64,000 nt of DNA, taken from positions 10,874 through 74,873 of the forward strand of contig JAJYYI010000131.1 of the NCBI GenBank assembly GCA_021801125.1, given 5' to 3'. Numbering within the stretch: position 1 is the stretch's first letter; every line of letters begins with the position of its first letter. This DNA comes from Deltaproteobacteria bacterium (lineage in GTDB: Bacteria > Desulfobacterota > Binatia > Binatales > Binataceae). The position numbers and the translations under genes were made by a program. Positions 1 to 13,222 of this stretch are shown piece after piece. The notes beneath the pieces are model-generated. The model made no database searches. It worked only from the letters and a program-made list of their open reading frames with translations, and was not told the origin of the DNA.

Positions 1-119
1 GGGCTTGCCCGCCGCCGTTCGTCTATTGTCGTGGTGCAACGTGCCTTGCACGCTCAGCGGTCGGCCTAGGTCGCAACGCGCAACCCTTGCTCCGGCCCTC
101 GGGCGGCTCTGAGATCCCG

Positions 120-971
120 TCAATTTTTGGGCCGACGGCGCGAGCGGTTCGCGCTGAATCGCCCCAGCATAGCGAGCAGAGAATTCAACGTTGGCCGCAG
201 TTTGCGCCGCGTAACTATCGCGTCAACCATCCCGTGCGACAGCAAGGATTCGGCTCGTTGAAAATCTTCGGGCAGCGCTTGCGGCGTGGTTTGCTCAATC
301 ACGCGCCGACCCGCAAATCCGATTATCGCCCCAGGTTCGGCCAGATTCAGGTCTCCGAGCATGGCGAACGATGCCGCCACTCCGCCGGTCGTCGGATGGC
401 ACAACACGCTGACGTAGGGCAGTCTAAGCTCTCGGTAACGTGCCAATGCAGAGACCACTTTCGCCATTTGCATCAGCGCGAGAATCCCTTCTTGCATCCG
501 CGCACCGCCCGACGCACAGAAAATTACTGTCGGGAGGCGGCTGCGACCGGCGTGCGCAAAAAGTCGAGCCAGCTTTTCGCCCACCACTACTCCCATACTG
601 CCGCCCATGAACTGGAAATCCATGATTCCCAGCGCGACGGGCTGGCCTTCTATTTCGCAAAGGCCGGTGGTGATGGCGTCATAGCGCCCGACGGCAGCCC
701 GCGTTTGGGTTAAACGCTGGAGGTAAGGTTTCGAATCAACAAACCCCAGCGCGTCGACCGCGAACAGGACGGCGTCGATCTGTCGCCAGGATCCGCGATC
801 GGCAACGATCACCAGCCGCTGTTCGACCGTTAAAGGGAAGTGGAAGCCGCATTTGAGGCAGACATTCAGATTGCGTTCCACCTCCTTGCGAAAGGCGAGC
901 GCCGAGCATTCCAAACACTTGACCCACAGTTCCGGCGTCGCTCCGGCCGCTCTTGCCACCGCACCCGTCAT
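120..971 (-). CDS. accD: Acetyl-CoA carboxylase carboxyltransferase beta subunit
   Basis: N-terminal CxxC...CxxC zinc ribbon (KCLECS...CLKCGFHF) followed by a carboxyltransferase domain (GGSMGVVVGEK, RLPTVIFCASGGARMQEG). Lies directly downstream of trpA, as in many proteobacterial trp clusters. Confidence 0.9.
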   Translation of the reverse strand: MTGAVARAAGATPELWVKCLECSALAFRKEVERNLNVCLKCGFHFPLTVEQRLVIVADRGSWRQIDAVLFAVDALGFVDSKPYLQRLTQTRAAVGRYDAITTGLCEIEGQPVALGIMDFQFMGGSMGVVVGEKLARLFAHAGRSRLPTVIFCASGGARMQEGILALMQMAKVVSALARYRELRLPYVSVLCHPTTGGVAASFAMLGDLNLAEPGAIIGFAGRRVIEQTTPQALPEDFQRAESLLSHGMVDAIVTRRKLRPTLNSLLAMLGRFSANRSRRRPKN

Positions 972-1021
972 CGCATCATGCTTCCCAAAAATTCCCGCCT
1001 CAATTACTTCGCGGAGAAGAT

Positions 1022-1837
1022 TTAGGCGCGCGCCGTGTTCATCGCTCGCTTCATCGCGCCAACCAACTCACCTACGGCTTTCCAGGCGGGCGGACCGCCG
1101 CCGTGCTGCTCCAGCACCAACGAGATCGCGCTGCCGACCACCGCGGCGTCGGCAAACGACGCGACCTCGCTCGCCTGCTGCGCAGTGGAGATGCCGAAGC
1201 CGACGCCGAGCGGGAGCGAGGTCACCCGGCGCAGCCCCCGCAGTCGCGGCTCCAGATCGACCGGCAAGGTCGAGCGCGCGCCCGTGACACCCGTGACCGA
1301 GACGTAATAAAGGAAACCGCTCGCTGCGCGAGCGATCTCGCGGCAGCGCTCGATCGGCGTCGTTGGCGCCAGCAACCTGATCAGGTCTAAGTTGTTCACC
1401 CGCGCCGGGCGGTCTAACTCAGCGCTTTCCTCAGGCGGCAAGTCCACGACCAGCAACCCATCCACTCCCACGCTCGCCGCGTCGCGGCATAGGCGCTCAC
1501 AGCCGTAGTGATAAAACGGATTGTAGTAACCGAACAGGATAATTGGTATCTCTGTGGCGCGGCGCAGCTCTTTGACGAAGCCGATGATAGCGCTAACGGA
1601 GACGCCCGCGGCGAGCCCTCGCGCCAGGGCTCGCTGGTTTGCCGGTCCGTCCGCCATCGGATCCGAAAACGGCACTCCCAGTTCAACCAAATCAGCGCCG
1701 GCGGTCTCTAGCGTCTTCACCAAAGCGGCCGTATCCTCCAAGCTTCGGTCGCCGCAAACGATAAACGGGATCAGCGCGCTCTCATTACGAGCACGAAGCT
1801 CGGCGAACTTTCGGCTGATCCTAGTCTCAGGCGCCAT
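1022..1837 (-). CDS. trpA: Tryptophan synthase alpha subunit
   Basis: Typical N-terminus (ALIPFIVCGD) and GADLVELGVPFSDPMADGP motif. Confidence 0.9.
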   Translation of the reverse strand: MAPETRISRKFAELRARNESALIPFIVCGDRSLEDTAALVKTLETAGADLVELGVPFSDPMADGPANQRALARGLAAGVSVSAIIGFVKELRRATEIPIILFGYYNPFYHYGCERLCRDAASVGVDGLLVVDLPPEESAELDRPARVNNLDLIRLLAPTTPIERCREIARAASGFLYYVSVTGVTGARSTLPVDLEPRLRGLRRVTSLPLGVGFGISTAQQASEVASFADAAVVGSAISLVLEQHGGGPPAWKAVGELVGAMKRAMNTARA

Positions 1838-1840
1838 CGC

Positions 1841-3034
1841 TCAAAGCTCCGCGCCCTTGACCCGGGCGACCGTCTCCATGTCTTTGTCGCCGCGCCCGGA
1901 GAGGTTCACGATGACCACCTGGCCTCGCTCCATCGCGGGCACGACCTGCATCGCGCCGGCCAGCGCGTGGGCGCTCTCGAGCGCGGGAATGATTCCTTCG
2001 GTGCGGGAGAGGAGTTCGAGCGCTTCGAGCGCCTGGTCGTCGGTGGCCGTGATATATTGCGCACGGCCGATGTCCTTTAGGTAGCTGTGTTCCGGACCCA
2101 CACCTGGATAGTCCAGCCCGGCCGCTATCGAATGAGTCTCGCGAATTTGCCCAAGCTCATCCTGCAGCAGATAAGTGCGATTTCCGTGAAGCACGCCGAT
2201 CTCGCCGGCGGTAAGGGTCGCGGAATGCTCGAGTGTGTTCAATCCGCGTCCTGCCGCTTCGACACCCATCATCCGCACGTTCTGGTCCTTGATAAAGGGG
2301 TGAAATAGTCCGATCGCGTTGGAGCCGCCGTTTACGCAGGCGATGAGCAGATCGGGCAAGCGCCCTTCCTTTTTGAGTATTTGGCGGCGAGCCTCCCGTC
2401 CGATGACCGACTGGAACTCCCGCACGATATATGGGTAAGGATGCGGGCCTGCGGCGGTGCCGATCAGATAATATGTGTCGCGCACGGTGGCGATCCAGTC
2501 GCGCAACGCCTCGTTGAGCGCGTCCTTAAGACTTTTGCTGCCTGAATCAACCGGCGTCACCTTGGCGCCCAAAAGCCGCATCCTGAAGACGTTCAGCGCC
2601 TGGCGTTGAACGTCAAGGGCCCCCATGAAGATCTCGCACTGGCGGCCGAACCGCGCCGCCATAGTCGCGGTCGCGACACCGTGCTGTCCGGCTCCGGTTT
2701 CCGCGGTGATCCGGCTTTTCTTCATGCGAATCGCGAGTAGTGCCTGGCCGAGCGTGTTATTTACCTTATGCGCCCCGGTGTGGCACAAATCCTCTCGCTT
2801 GAGATAAATCTTCGCGCCGCCCAGCCGCTCGGTCAGATTGGCGGCGTAATAAAGCGGTGTGGGACGGCCGACGAACTCGCGCGAATAATGCTCAAGCTCG
2901 GCGCGAAAGCTCGGGTCGCGGCGCGCCTCGCGATACGCTTGCTCCAACGCGAGCAGCGCCGGCATCAGGGTTTCCGCGACGTAGCGCCCGCCGTAGGCGC
3001 CAAAATGGCCGCAGCTGTCAGGCAGACTTCGCAT
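1841..3034 (-). CDS. trpB: Tryptophan synthase beta subunit
   Basis: PLP-lysine motif HTGAHKVNN and GGGSNAIG. N-terminus [16 protein letters not shown]. Overlaps trpF by 17 nt. Confidence 0.95.
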   Translation of the reverse strand: MRSLPDSCGHFGAYGGRYVAETLMPALLALEQAYREARRDPSFRAELEHYSREFVGRPTPLYYAANLTERLGGAKIYLKREDLCHTGAHKVNNTLGQALLAIRMKKSRITAETGAGQHGVATATMAARFGRQCEIFMGALDVQRQALNVFRMRLLGAKVTPVDSGSKSLKDALNEALRDWIATVRDTYYLIGTAAGPHPYPYIVREFQSVIGREARRQILKKEGRLPDLLIACVNGGSNAIGLFHPFIKDQNVRMMGVEAAGRGLNTLEHSATLTAGEIGVLHGNRTYLLQDELGQIRETHSIAAGLDYPGVGPEHSYLKDIGRAQYITATDDQALEALELLSRTEGIIPALESAHALAGAMQVVPAMERGQVVIVNLSGRGDKDMETVARVKGAEL

Positions 3035-3629
3035 TACTGATGAATTCCTTCATTTTGACGTGGTCCTTGATCCCTGGCGCGCGTTCAACCCCGCTCGCGA
3101 CATCAACCGCCCAGGGCTTGAGCGCCGCGGCGGCGCTCACCGTGTCAGGCCGCAGGCCGCCGGATATTATTGTCGCGCCAAGATCGAAGCCGCGCAGCGT
3201 AAGGTTCGGCAAGGCGCGGCCGGTGCCGCCGAACAGGGCGTGATCGTAGCGGTCCAACAAGACGTAATCGCCCGCGGGCCGTTCGCGCCATTCAAGCGGC
3301 CTGTCGCCCCGCACGCGCCACGCGCGAATCACCGGCAGCGGCCATCCGCTTACGGCCTGGTTATCTTCGTCACCGTGGAACTGGAGCAAATCGAGGTTAA
3401 GCGCGAGCCGAATTTCCTCTATCCGCTGCCTGGGAGAGTTGACAAACACTCCAACGAGCGCCACGCCCCGGCCTGCCACGGCCTGCGCGATAACTCGGGC
3501 CGCGTCAAGTTCGACCGCGCGCGGGCTCGAGCGGAAAAAGTTGAGCCCGATCATGTCGGCGCCCAACTCGCACGCTGCGAGCGCATCCTCCACGCGCGTG
3601 ACCCCGCAGATCTTGACCTTGACCGCCAT
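3018..3629 (-). CDS. trpF: Phosphoribosylanthranilate isomerase
   Basis: [11 protein letters not shown] start with upstream GAGG. The ORF extends to 3680, but the internal ATG at 3629 fits the family N-terminus and avoids overlap with trpC. Confidence 0.85.
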   Translation of the reverse strand: MAVKVKICGVTRVEDALAACELGADMIGLNFFRSSPRAVELDAARVIAQAVAGRGVALVGVFVNSPRQRIEEIRLALNLDLLQFHGDEDNQAVSGWPLPVIRAWRVRGDRPLEWRERPAGDYVLLDRYDHALFGGTGRALPNLTLRGFDLGATIISGGLRPDTVSAAAALKPWAVDVASGVERAPGIKDHVKMKEFISNAKSA

Positions 3630-3639
3630 GCCGCTCGCC

Positions 3640-4431
3640 TCAGTCCCCGGCTGCGAAAGCCTCGACCAAGCCCCTGACACGCGCGCCGGGCTGACCGTCC
3701 TTGAGCAGGCTCTCGCCGATCAACGCAGCGCGAGCGCCCGCACGAAATACCCGCGCCATGTCCATCGCGGTCTCGATCCCGCTTTCCGACACCACCAACG
3801 CCTGCGTCCGGCGCACTCCGAGCAGCTTTTCGGTGACGGCGATATCGGTGATAAACGTATGCAGATCGCGGTTGTTAATTCCGATCAAACGACAACCGAT
3901 CCTCTCCGCGCGCTCGAACTCCCCGCTTGTATGGGTTTCGACCACCGCCCCCATGCCAAGCTCGGCGGCCTTATCGGCCAGCGTCTTCATCTCGTGATCG
4001 GTCAGCATCGCCGCGATCAGTAGTATACAGTCAGCCCCGGCCGCTCGCGCCTCGTAGACCTGGTAAACGTCGAAGATAAAATCCTTGCGTAATAGCGGCA
4101 GCGAGACCGCCGCTCTGACCGCCCGCAGATCTTCGAGCGAACCCTTGAAGTGGGCGTCGGTCAGCACCGAGATCGCGGCCGCCCCGCCTGCTTCGTAGTC
4201 GGCCGCCACCCTGGCTGGGTCGAGTCCTGGCAGGATATCGCCTTTGCTTGGCGAGGCGCGCTTTATCTCGGCGATAATCGCGGGACGAGCCTGGGTTAAC
4301 GCACCGATAAAATCGCGCGGCGACGGCGCCGCGGCTGCCTCGGCCTCCAGACGAGCCAGCGGTTTTTCGCGCCGCTGCTCAGCAACCTGGAGTTTTTTCG
4401 CCGCGAAAATTTGCTCAAGAATCGAGCTCAT
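3640..4431 (-). CDS. trpC: Indole-3-glycerol phosphate synthase
   Basis: IIAEIKRASPSKG motif. Preferred start is ATG at 4431 (MSSILEQI) preceded by AGGAAA. The longer ORF to 4473 would overlap trpD by 59 nt. Confidence 0.85.
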   Translation of the reverse strand: MSSILEQIFAAKKLQVAEQRREKPLARLEAEAAAAPSPRDFIGALTQARPAIIAEIKRASPSKGDILPGLDPARVAADYEAGGAAAISVLTDAHFKGSLEDLRAVRAAVSLPLLRKDFIFDVYQVYEARAAGADCILLIAAMLTDHEMKTLADKAAELGMGAVVETHTSGEFERAERIGCRLIGINNRDLHTFITDIAVTEKLLGVRRTQALVVSESGIETAMDMARVFRAGARAALIGESLLKDGQPGARVRGLVEAFAAGD

Positions 4432-5467
4432 CGGTTGGTACAGTTTCCTGACTCGCAAGGCGCAGCGCTTCAAGCACTTCGAGCGCCTGACCTAGTCTAA
4501 GCACGGTGTCGGCCTTGGCCACACCCTCGGCGAGCGAATCAGCTTGGCCGCCGACATAAATCGCGGCCCCGGCGTTGAGCGCGACCACCGCGCGAGCCGA
4601 ATCGGCCTCGCCGGCCAAGGTTCGCTTCAGCAACGCGGCCGCTTCGGCGGGATCGGCGGCTTCGATAGGTTCATCGGCGGCCGGATAGTCGCTGATTAAT
4701 TCAGCCGGATGAATCCTGAACTCGCGTGCCACTTCACCGGCATTCACTTCGATCACCTGGGTTGGCGCCCGCGCGGAGATCTCGTCAAGGCCGTCGTCGC
4801 TATTAACCACCAGCGCGTGTTCCGCCCCGAGCGCCGCGAGCGCCTGAGCCATCGGCAAGAGCAACTGACGCTGCGCCACACCGGTCAGTTGCCGGTGGGG
4901 ACGCGCCGGGTTGGCCAATGGGCCGAGCAGATTAAACAGCGTGCGCACGGCGAGTTCACGGCGCAAGGGCGCCAGGCGAGCCATCAGCGGATGATACGCC
5001 GGAGCGAAAACGAAACAAAACCCGGCTCGGTCCAGACATTTGCGCAGGCCCGCCGGTCCAGGGTCCAACTTGACCCCCAGATACTCCAGAACGTCCGCGC
5101 CGCCGCAACGCCCGCTCACCGCCCGGTTTCCGTGCTTCGCAACCCGCGCCCCCGCCGCGCTCGCCACCAGCGCCGCGGCGGTGGAGATATTCAGCGTGCC
5201 CTGGCCGTCGCCGCCGGTGCCAGCGGTATCGAGCAGCCGCCGCTCGTTCAGCTCAAGGGGTCGCGCCACGGCAAGCATCGCGCGCGCAGCGCCGGTCAAC
5301 TCGGCGCCCGTCTCGCCTTTAAGGCGCAAGGCCACAAGAAAGCCCGCCACGAGGGTCGCCGGGGGCTGCCGCTCGAAAACCTCGCGCAATGCCTCGTCGG
5401 TCTGCTCTTCGCTGAGGTCGCGACGAGCCAACAGATCGTCAAAGGCGAGCCGGAGCTTTTCACTCAC
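4415..5467 (-). CDS. trpD: Anthranilate phosphoribosyltransferase
   Basis: [24 protein letters not shown] and KHGNRAVSG motifs. ATGA overlap with the trpG stop. Confidence 0.9.
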   Translation of the reverse strand: MSEKLRLAFDDLLARRDLSEEQTDEALREVFERQPPATLVAGFLVALRLKGETGAELTGAARAMLAVARPLELNERRLLDTAGTGGDGQGTLNISTAAALVASAAGARVAKHGNRAVSGRCGGADVLEYLGVKLDPGPAGLRKCLDRAGFCFVFAPAYHPLMARLAPLRRELAVRTLFNLLGPLANPARPHRQLTGVAQRQLLLPMAQALAALGAEHALVVNSDDGLDEISARAPTQVIEVNAGEVAREFRIHPAELISDYPAADEPIEAADPAEAAALLKRTLAGEADSARAVVALNAGAAIYVGGQADSLAEGVAKADTVLRLGQALEVLEALRLASQETVPTDELDS

Positions 5468-6027
5468 TTGGCCGCCTCGGCTAGAAAATTGGCCAGCAGC
5501 GCTTTGCCGTGCGTGGTCAGGATCGATTCCGGATGAAACTGGGTGCCCTCAACGAGATAATCCCTATGGCGCAGCCCCATGACCTCGCCCTCCGCGGTCC
5601 AGGCGCTAATTTCAAGACAATCGGGTAGAGACTCTCGCTCCACGAGCAGCGAATGATACCGCGTGGCCTCGAACGGGTTTGGCAATCCATGGAATATCGT
5701 CCGGTCGTCGTGAACAATCGGCGAGGTTTTGCCATGCATCAGGCGGCTCGCACGCACTACTTTGCCGCCGAACGCCTCGCCGATGCATTGATGGCCCAGG
5801 CAGACGCCGAGGATCGGCACCCGGCCGGCGAGCTGGCGAACCACGTCGACGGAAACTCCGGCCTGGCGAGGGGTGCACGGCCCCGGCGAGATTACGATGG
5901 CCTGGGGACTTGAAGCCGTGATCGCTGCCACGTCGGTGGTGTCGTTTCGGACGACGATTACCTCGGCGCCAAGCTCGCCCAGATATTGCACCAAGTTGTA
6001 GGTGAACGAGTCATAATTATCGATCAT
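5464..6027 (-). CDS. trpG: Anthranilate synthase component II (glutamine amidotransferase)
   Basis: [16 protein letters not shown]-terminus and catalytic GVCLGHQ. AGGA sits 6 nt upstream of the internal ATG at 6027. The ORF itself extends to 6042. Confidence 0.9.
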   Translation of the reverse strand: MIDNYDSFTYNLVQYLGELGAEVIVVRNDTTDVAAITASSPQAIVISPGPCTPRQAGVSVDVVRQLAGRVPILGVCLGHQCIGEAFGGKVVRASRLMHGKTSPIVHDDRTIFHGLPNPFEATRYHSLLVERESLPDCLEISAWTAEGEVMGLRHRDYLVEGTQFHPESILTTHGKALLANFLAEAAK

Positions 6028-6193
6028 CGTTATCCTGAGCATAACCTTAAACCGTCCACCGTGGCTGACCAGGTCTGTTCGCCGGGGTTTTCAGGCCTCC
6101 TCGACGCGCCGCGTCGCGGCGTTGTGAAAATTCCCTTCAGGCGAGAACTCATCCAGCTTCCACGCTCGGGCGAGACGGGCGCGCGGGTTCATC

Positions 6194-7720
6194 CTACTTA
6201 CCCGCCGGGCCGTTGGCGCCGGCGCTTTCCGCCTCCAGGTCGCGCGCCAGGACGAGCGCCCGCAACATCGCTTTCGCCTTGTTCACCGTTTCTTCATATT
6301 CGGCGGCGGGTTCCGAGTCGGCAACCACGCCGCCGCCAGCCTGGATGTACACTCGGGCATTTTTTATTAGCAGGGTCCGGAGCGCAATCGCCGTGTCCAT
6401 GTTGCCGGTGTAGCTGAAGTAACCCACGGCTCCGGCGTAGACGCCGCGGCGCGTCGGCTCCAGTTCGTCGATTATTTCCATCGCGCGAATCTTCGGCGCC
6501 CCGGACACGGTCCCCTGGGGAAAGGTGGCCCGAAAGGCGTCCAACGCGTCACAGCCCTCGCGCAGCTCGCCGCGCACGTTGGACACGATATGCATGACGT
6601 GGGAGTAGCGCTCCACGACTTGAAACTCGGTAAGCTGGACCGAGCCGACCCGGGCAACGCGCCCGACGTCGTTTCGTCCCAGGTCAACCAGCATCACGTG
6701 CTCGGCGCGCTCCTTGGGATCGCTCAGAAGCTCGCGTTCCAAGGCGAGGTCTTCTTCCTCGGTGACGCCGCGCCGGCGCGTTCCGGCGATAGGCCGCACC
6801 GTAACTTCACGTCCGTTAAGCCGCACCATCACCTCAGGCGAGGCGCCAACCAAAGTCAGGTCGTCCATGCGCAAATAGAACATGTACGGAGAAGGATTAA
6901 CCGTCCTAAGACTGCGATACAGGTTGAAGGGATGAACCGTAAGCGGCGCCTCGAACCGCTGCGAAGGCACGACCTGGATAATGTCACCCGCGGCGATATA
7001 CTCCTTGGCCCGTAGCACGGTTTCCATGTAAGACTCGCGCGTGTAATTGGAGACCACCGGCGCGTCGCGGTCGGCTTGGCTCGCCGGCGGCGTGAGGCGG
7101 GGCAGCCTCGGCGGTTGGGCCAGCTTGGCGATGAGCCGGTCGATTTTGGCCGCGGCGTTCTGGTAGGCGGTGTGAGCTGAGTTAAACTCGTCGAGTGCCG
7201 CGTTGGCGACGATTCGCAGAGTTTGACGCAGGTTGTCGAACACCAGCATGGTGTCGGTGACCATCAGACAGAAGTCAGGCACACCCAGCTCGTCGGGCGG
7301 CGGCGTCGGCAGTCGCTCAAAATGGCGCACCACGTCGTAGGCTAGAAAGCCCACGGCTCCGCCAAAAAACGGAGGAAGACCTTCCAGTTTCGGCGCGCGA
7401 TACCGTCCAAGCTCGGCGCGCAAGGCATTCAGCGGGTCGGAAATGTCGCGCACCTCAACCGAGCGTCCAGGCCGTATCACTTCCATCCGGAGGTCTTTGG
7501 CCCTGAGCACCAAGGCGGGGTCCGAGCCCAGAAACGTATATCGCCCCCACTTTTCACCGCCCTCAACGCTTTCGAGCAAAAACGCGTACGTCTCCGAGGC
7601 AATCTTCAGAAACGCCGAGACCGGGGTCTCAAGGTCCGCGGTAATCTCACGCGAGAGCGGGATTAGATTAAAGCCCGCCGCAGCTAAAGCCTCGAATTCT
7701 TTTTCGCTTGGCGCCAGCAT
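6194..7720 (-). CDS. trpE: Anthranilate synthase component I
   Basis: 508 aa with a chorismate-binding domain (GTRRRG, GAVGYFSYTGNMDTAIALRT). Confidence 0.9.
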   Translation of the reverse strand: MLAPSEKEFEALAAAGFNLIPLSREITADLETPVSAFLKIASETYAFLLESVEGGEKWGRYTFLGSDPALVLRAKDLRMEVIRPGRSVEVRDISDPLNALRAELGRYRAPKLEGLPPFFGGAVGFLAYDVVRHFERLPTPPPDELGVPDFCLMVTDTMLVFDNLRQTLRIVANAALDEFNSAHTAYQNAAAKIDRLIAKLAQPPRLPRLTPPASQADRDAPVVSNYTRESYMETVLRAKEYIAAGDIIQVVPSQRFEAPLTVHPFNLYRSLRTVNPSPYMFYLRMDDLTLVGASPEVMVRLNGREVTVRPIAGTRRRGVTEEEDLALERELLSDPKERAEHVMLVDLGRNDVGRVARVGSVQLTEFQVVERYSHVMHIVSNVRGELREGCDALDAFRATFPQGTVSGAPKIRAMEIIDELEPTRRGVYAGAVGYFSYTGNMDTAIALRTLLIKNARVYIQAGGGVVADSEPAAEYEETVNKAKAMLRALVLARDLEAESAGANGPAGK

Positions 7721-7780
7721 CCCCGATGAACCTCCCGCCGCGACCTCAAGCCAAAAGCGGCGTCTCGGCGCGCCTCTGCA

Positions 7781-7818
7781 ATTAAAAAGGGCCGCCGGAA
7801 GCCAGTTCCCGCGGCCCT
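7781..7818 (-). terminator. Intrinsic-terminator-like hairpin plus T-tract between argJ and trpE; candidate trp attenuator or argJ terminator
   Basis: Minus-strand reading GGGCCGCGGG-aactggctt-CCGGCGGCCC (9 of 10 bp paired, one C-C mismatch) followed by TTTTTAATT. It lies 65 nt upstream of the trpE ATG and about 225 nt downstream of the argJ stop. Confidence 0.45.
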
Positions 7819-8040
7819 CTTAAGCTGGGTATCGACCAACCCTAGCAGACCAAGACGCGGGCGCCATTGCGCGCTCGCCAAGGCCACGACAGCGTTAGTC
7901 CTTTGCCCAAAAGTTTCATTTGAATTACAGTCCTACCTAACGGCCCTTACCCTGACCTGTCAAGACCCGCCTGTAGAGCGTGCCGGCCATCGGCTAGCTG
8001 GCCCGAATTCGGCCACCAAGCCTACCGTTTAGTCGTCCGC

Positions 8041-9261
8041 TCAACTGGTGTACTCGGCGTTGATTTTAACATAGTCGAAGCTCAAGTCCGAGGTCAGGAT
8101 CGAAGCGCCCGCGCGGCCAAGGCGCAGGTTTAGCGTCAGCGCGAACTCCCGCTGATTCATCACGCTTCTCGCCTTTTCGAGCGCGCCTACGATTACCCTG
8201 CCGCGCGCGGCTATCTTCACGCTCCCGACACGCAGCTCGATTCGATCCGGGTCGAAGCGCACCCCGCTGGCGCCTGCCGCGGCCAGAATTCGTCCCACGT
8301 TGGGATCGCGTCCGAATAACGCTGTTTTGACCAGCGGCGAATTGGCGACATGCCGCGCGACCGCCTCGGCGTCCTTTTCAGACCGGGCACCGCTTACTTC
8401 CACCGCGGCCAGCTTGGTGGCACCTTCGCCGTCGTAAACAATTTGGCGAGCCAGGCTTTGCGCGACTGCGCTCACCGCGGCTTCGAAGCGGGCTAACGCA
8501 CCGCCGACAGGCTCACGGTTGGCGGCGGCGCCGCTGGCCAGGAGCAGCACGGAGTCGTTGGTCGACATGTCGCCGTCGATCGTGATGGCGTTAAGGCTAT
8601 GGGCTAGCGCTCTACCGAGCACTGCTCGGAGCAAGCGCGGCGTTGCGCGCGCGTTGGTCACGATAAACGCGAGCATCGTCGCCATGTTGGGCGCGATCAT
8701 TCCCGCGCCTTTGGCGATCCCCAGAACGGTGACCGGACGGCCGTTGAGAGCTACCCTCGCCCACGCTGTCTTGGGACGCGTGTCGGTGGTCATGATCGCG
8801 CGAGCGAAGTCGTCAACTCCCTCGGGCCGCAGCTCCCGCGCCGCGGTCTTAAGCCCGGCACGCAGGCGTTCAAGGCTATACAAATGACCGATCACGCCGG
8901 TCGAACAGGGCACGACCATTTCCGCGGCGCATCCGATTTCACGTGCCAGCGCCGCGCATGACTCGACAGCGAGATGGTCGCCGGCTTTGCCGGTAAAACA
9001 GTTGGCCGAGCCGGAGTTGACCATCACCGCCTGAATACGTCCGCGCTTTAGCCGCTCGGCGGCAAGCCTGACCGGCGCCGCCTTGACCAGGTTCGTGGTA
9101 AAAGCGCCTACCGCCGCGACCGGTCGCTCAGCCACGATAAGTCCCAGGTCTTTCGCGCCGGCAGCCTGCTTAAGCCCGGCGCTGACGCCGGCGAAGCGAA
9201 AGCCTTCGACGCAGCAGGACTCGGTCTTGACGTGGACGTGGACGGGGACGGAGCGGGGCAC
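8041..9261 (-). CDS. argJ: Bifunctional ornithine acetyltransferase / N-acetylglutamate synthase
   Basis: ArgJ signature [18 protein letters not shown] and [19 protein letters not shown] (autoproteolytic Thr region). The true start may be slightly internal. Confidence 0.85.
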   Translation of the reverse strand: MPRSVPVHVHVKTESCCVEGFRFAGVSAGLKQAAGAKDLGLIVAERPVAAVGAFTTNLVKAAPVRLAAERLKRGRIQAVMVNSGSANCFTGKAGDHLAVESCAALAREIGCAAEMVVPCSTGVIGHLYSLERLRAGLKTAARELRPEGVDDFARAIMTTDTRPKTAWARVALNGRPVTVLGIAKGAGMIAPNMATMLAFIVTNARATPRLLRAVLGRALAHSLNAITIDGDMSTNDSVLLLASGAAANREPVGGALARFEAAVSAVAQSLARQIVYDGEGATKLAAVEVSGARSEKDAEAVARHVANSPLVKTALFGRDPNVGRILAAAGASGVRFDPDRIELRVGSVKIAARGRVIVGALEKARSVMNQREFALTLNLRLGRAGASILTSDLSFDYVKINAEYTS

Positions 9262-9269
9262 GATAGGGA

Positions 9270-11948
<2,679 letters not shown>

Positions 11949-12167
11949 GTCTTAATCTTTTACTTAATTTACTTGCCTGAGCGCTCTCGTAAAGGTGAGC
12001 CGCGATACCGGGCGCCTGCGGCACCCATGAGTGTCATTTTAGCTGATTTTTGCCCCACGGCCGCATCCGCTGTGCTCAATACCATATGCTGCGCCTCTTG
12101 CGAACAGGCGTTTCGCACAGCTCAGCGGACCGGCGAGCAGGAGCAGCACCACGGCTCGCATCGAAGC

Positions 12168-12197
12168 GGCAAGCGCCCGCGTCGGGTGGCGCTTGCC
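12168..12197 (-). other. Perfect 10-bp GC-rich stem-loop in the murI-secA intergenic region
   Basis: GGCAAGCGCC-cgcgtcgggt-GGCGCTTGCC with no U-tract. About 115 nt downstream of the murI stop and about 220 nt upstream of the secA start. Confidence 0.3.
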
Positions 12198-12313
12198 TCG
12201 CGAAAGTATACCCGAGCAGCTTGACGCAACGCGCCTGAGCGGTCGCGGGTCGGCCGAGGCGATTTGATAAGCTGTGACGACGTCATTGCCGGCCCGGCTC
12301 CCCATGCCTTGCC

Positions 12314-13183
12314 CTAGCGTTCGATACGCACGGCGGATTCCACCTCGGGCCCGAAAAAGCGGCGCCCAACGCGGGTGAAACGCTCCGGCATCTCGGTGAC
12401 GAAAAAAACCTGCTCACCGTGGCGCGCGGACCGCAGGAGCTTGAAGCGCGCAAGGCTTGCGCGCACGACGCGGGCCGTGGCGGCAGCCGAATCAACCACG
12501 CGCACCGCCGACCCCATCACTTGTTGAATCAAGCCGCGCAGCATCGGGTAGTGCGTGCAACCCAAGAGCAACGTGTCGATTCCGCTATCCTTAAGCCCGG
12601 CCAGATAGTGCTCGACGGTACGTCGTGCAACCTCGTTGTCGGTCCAGCCTTCTTCAACCAGCGGCACCAGGAGCGGGCAAGCCCGCGTATAAATCTCGGC
12701 GTCGGGCCGCAAGCGCTTGAGTATACGGGTGTAAATGCCCGAGGCGATAGTCGCCTCGGTGCCGATCACCCCGATTCGTCCTTTGGCCGACACTTCAGCG
12801 GCGGCCTGGGCTCCCGGCTCGATCACGCCGATAACGGGAACGGCCGTATCGCTCGCGATAGCGTCCAGAGCGACGGCACTTGAAGTGTTGCAGGCCACCA
12901 CCAGAAGCTTAATCCCCTTGGCAAGTAGAAATTCGGCGTTCTCGCGTGAATAGCGCGTGATCACCTCGGTGGACTTGTTTCCATACGGCGTGCGCGCGGT
13001 GTCGCCCAGGTACACGAAGTTCTCCCCCGGCAAAAGCTCGACCAACGCCTTGAGCACTGTCAGACCGCCGATTCCGGAGTCGAATACCCCGATGGGCCGC
13101 CCACCACTGTCGGCCTCCGTACGCGAATCGCGTCGCGCGGGCTTGCGGCGGTGGTTGACCGAGACAGGAGTCGCTCGCGTCAT
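12314..13183 (-). CDS. murI: Glutamate racemase
   Basis: IGVFDSGIGGLTVL N-terminal motif and CNTSS, GCTHYP catalytic regions. Carries an ~28-aa N-terminal extension if the ORF start is used. Confidence 0.85.
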   Translation of the reverse strand: MTRATPVSVNHRRKPARRDSRTEADSGGRPIGVFDSGIGGLTVLKALVELLPGENFVYLGDTARTPYGNKSTEVITRYSRENAEFLLAKGIKLLVVACNTSSAVALDAIASDTAVPVIGVIEPGAQAAAEVSAKGRIGVIGTEATIASGIYTRILKRLRPDAEIYTRACPLLVPLVEEGWTDNEVARRTVEHYLAGLKDSGIDTLLLGCTHYPMLRGLIQQVMGSAVRVVDSAAATARVVRASLARFKLLRSARHGEQVFFVTEMPERFTRVGRRFFGPEVESAVRIER

Positions 13184-13222
13184 TGGCTAATCAACGCGTT
13201 CCTCCGCATAGCGCGGGGCAGG

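Noticed and set aside
87-713. 208-aa plus-strand ORF
   Set aside because: Entirely antisense to accD, which has unambiguous carboxyltransferase motifs. The product is Arg-rich low-complexity, typical of high-GC shadow ORFs.
1554-2084. 176-aa plus-strand ORF
   Set aside because: Antisense to trpA and trpB. Ala/Ser/Arg-rich composition with no domain.
7684-7887. 67-aa ORF as a possible trp leader peptide
   Set aside because: It contains only one Trp codon near the N-terminus, reads through the terminator hairpin and overlaps the trpE start. It does not look like a regulatory leader peptide.
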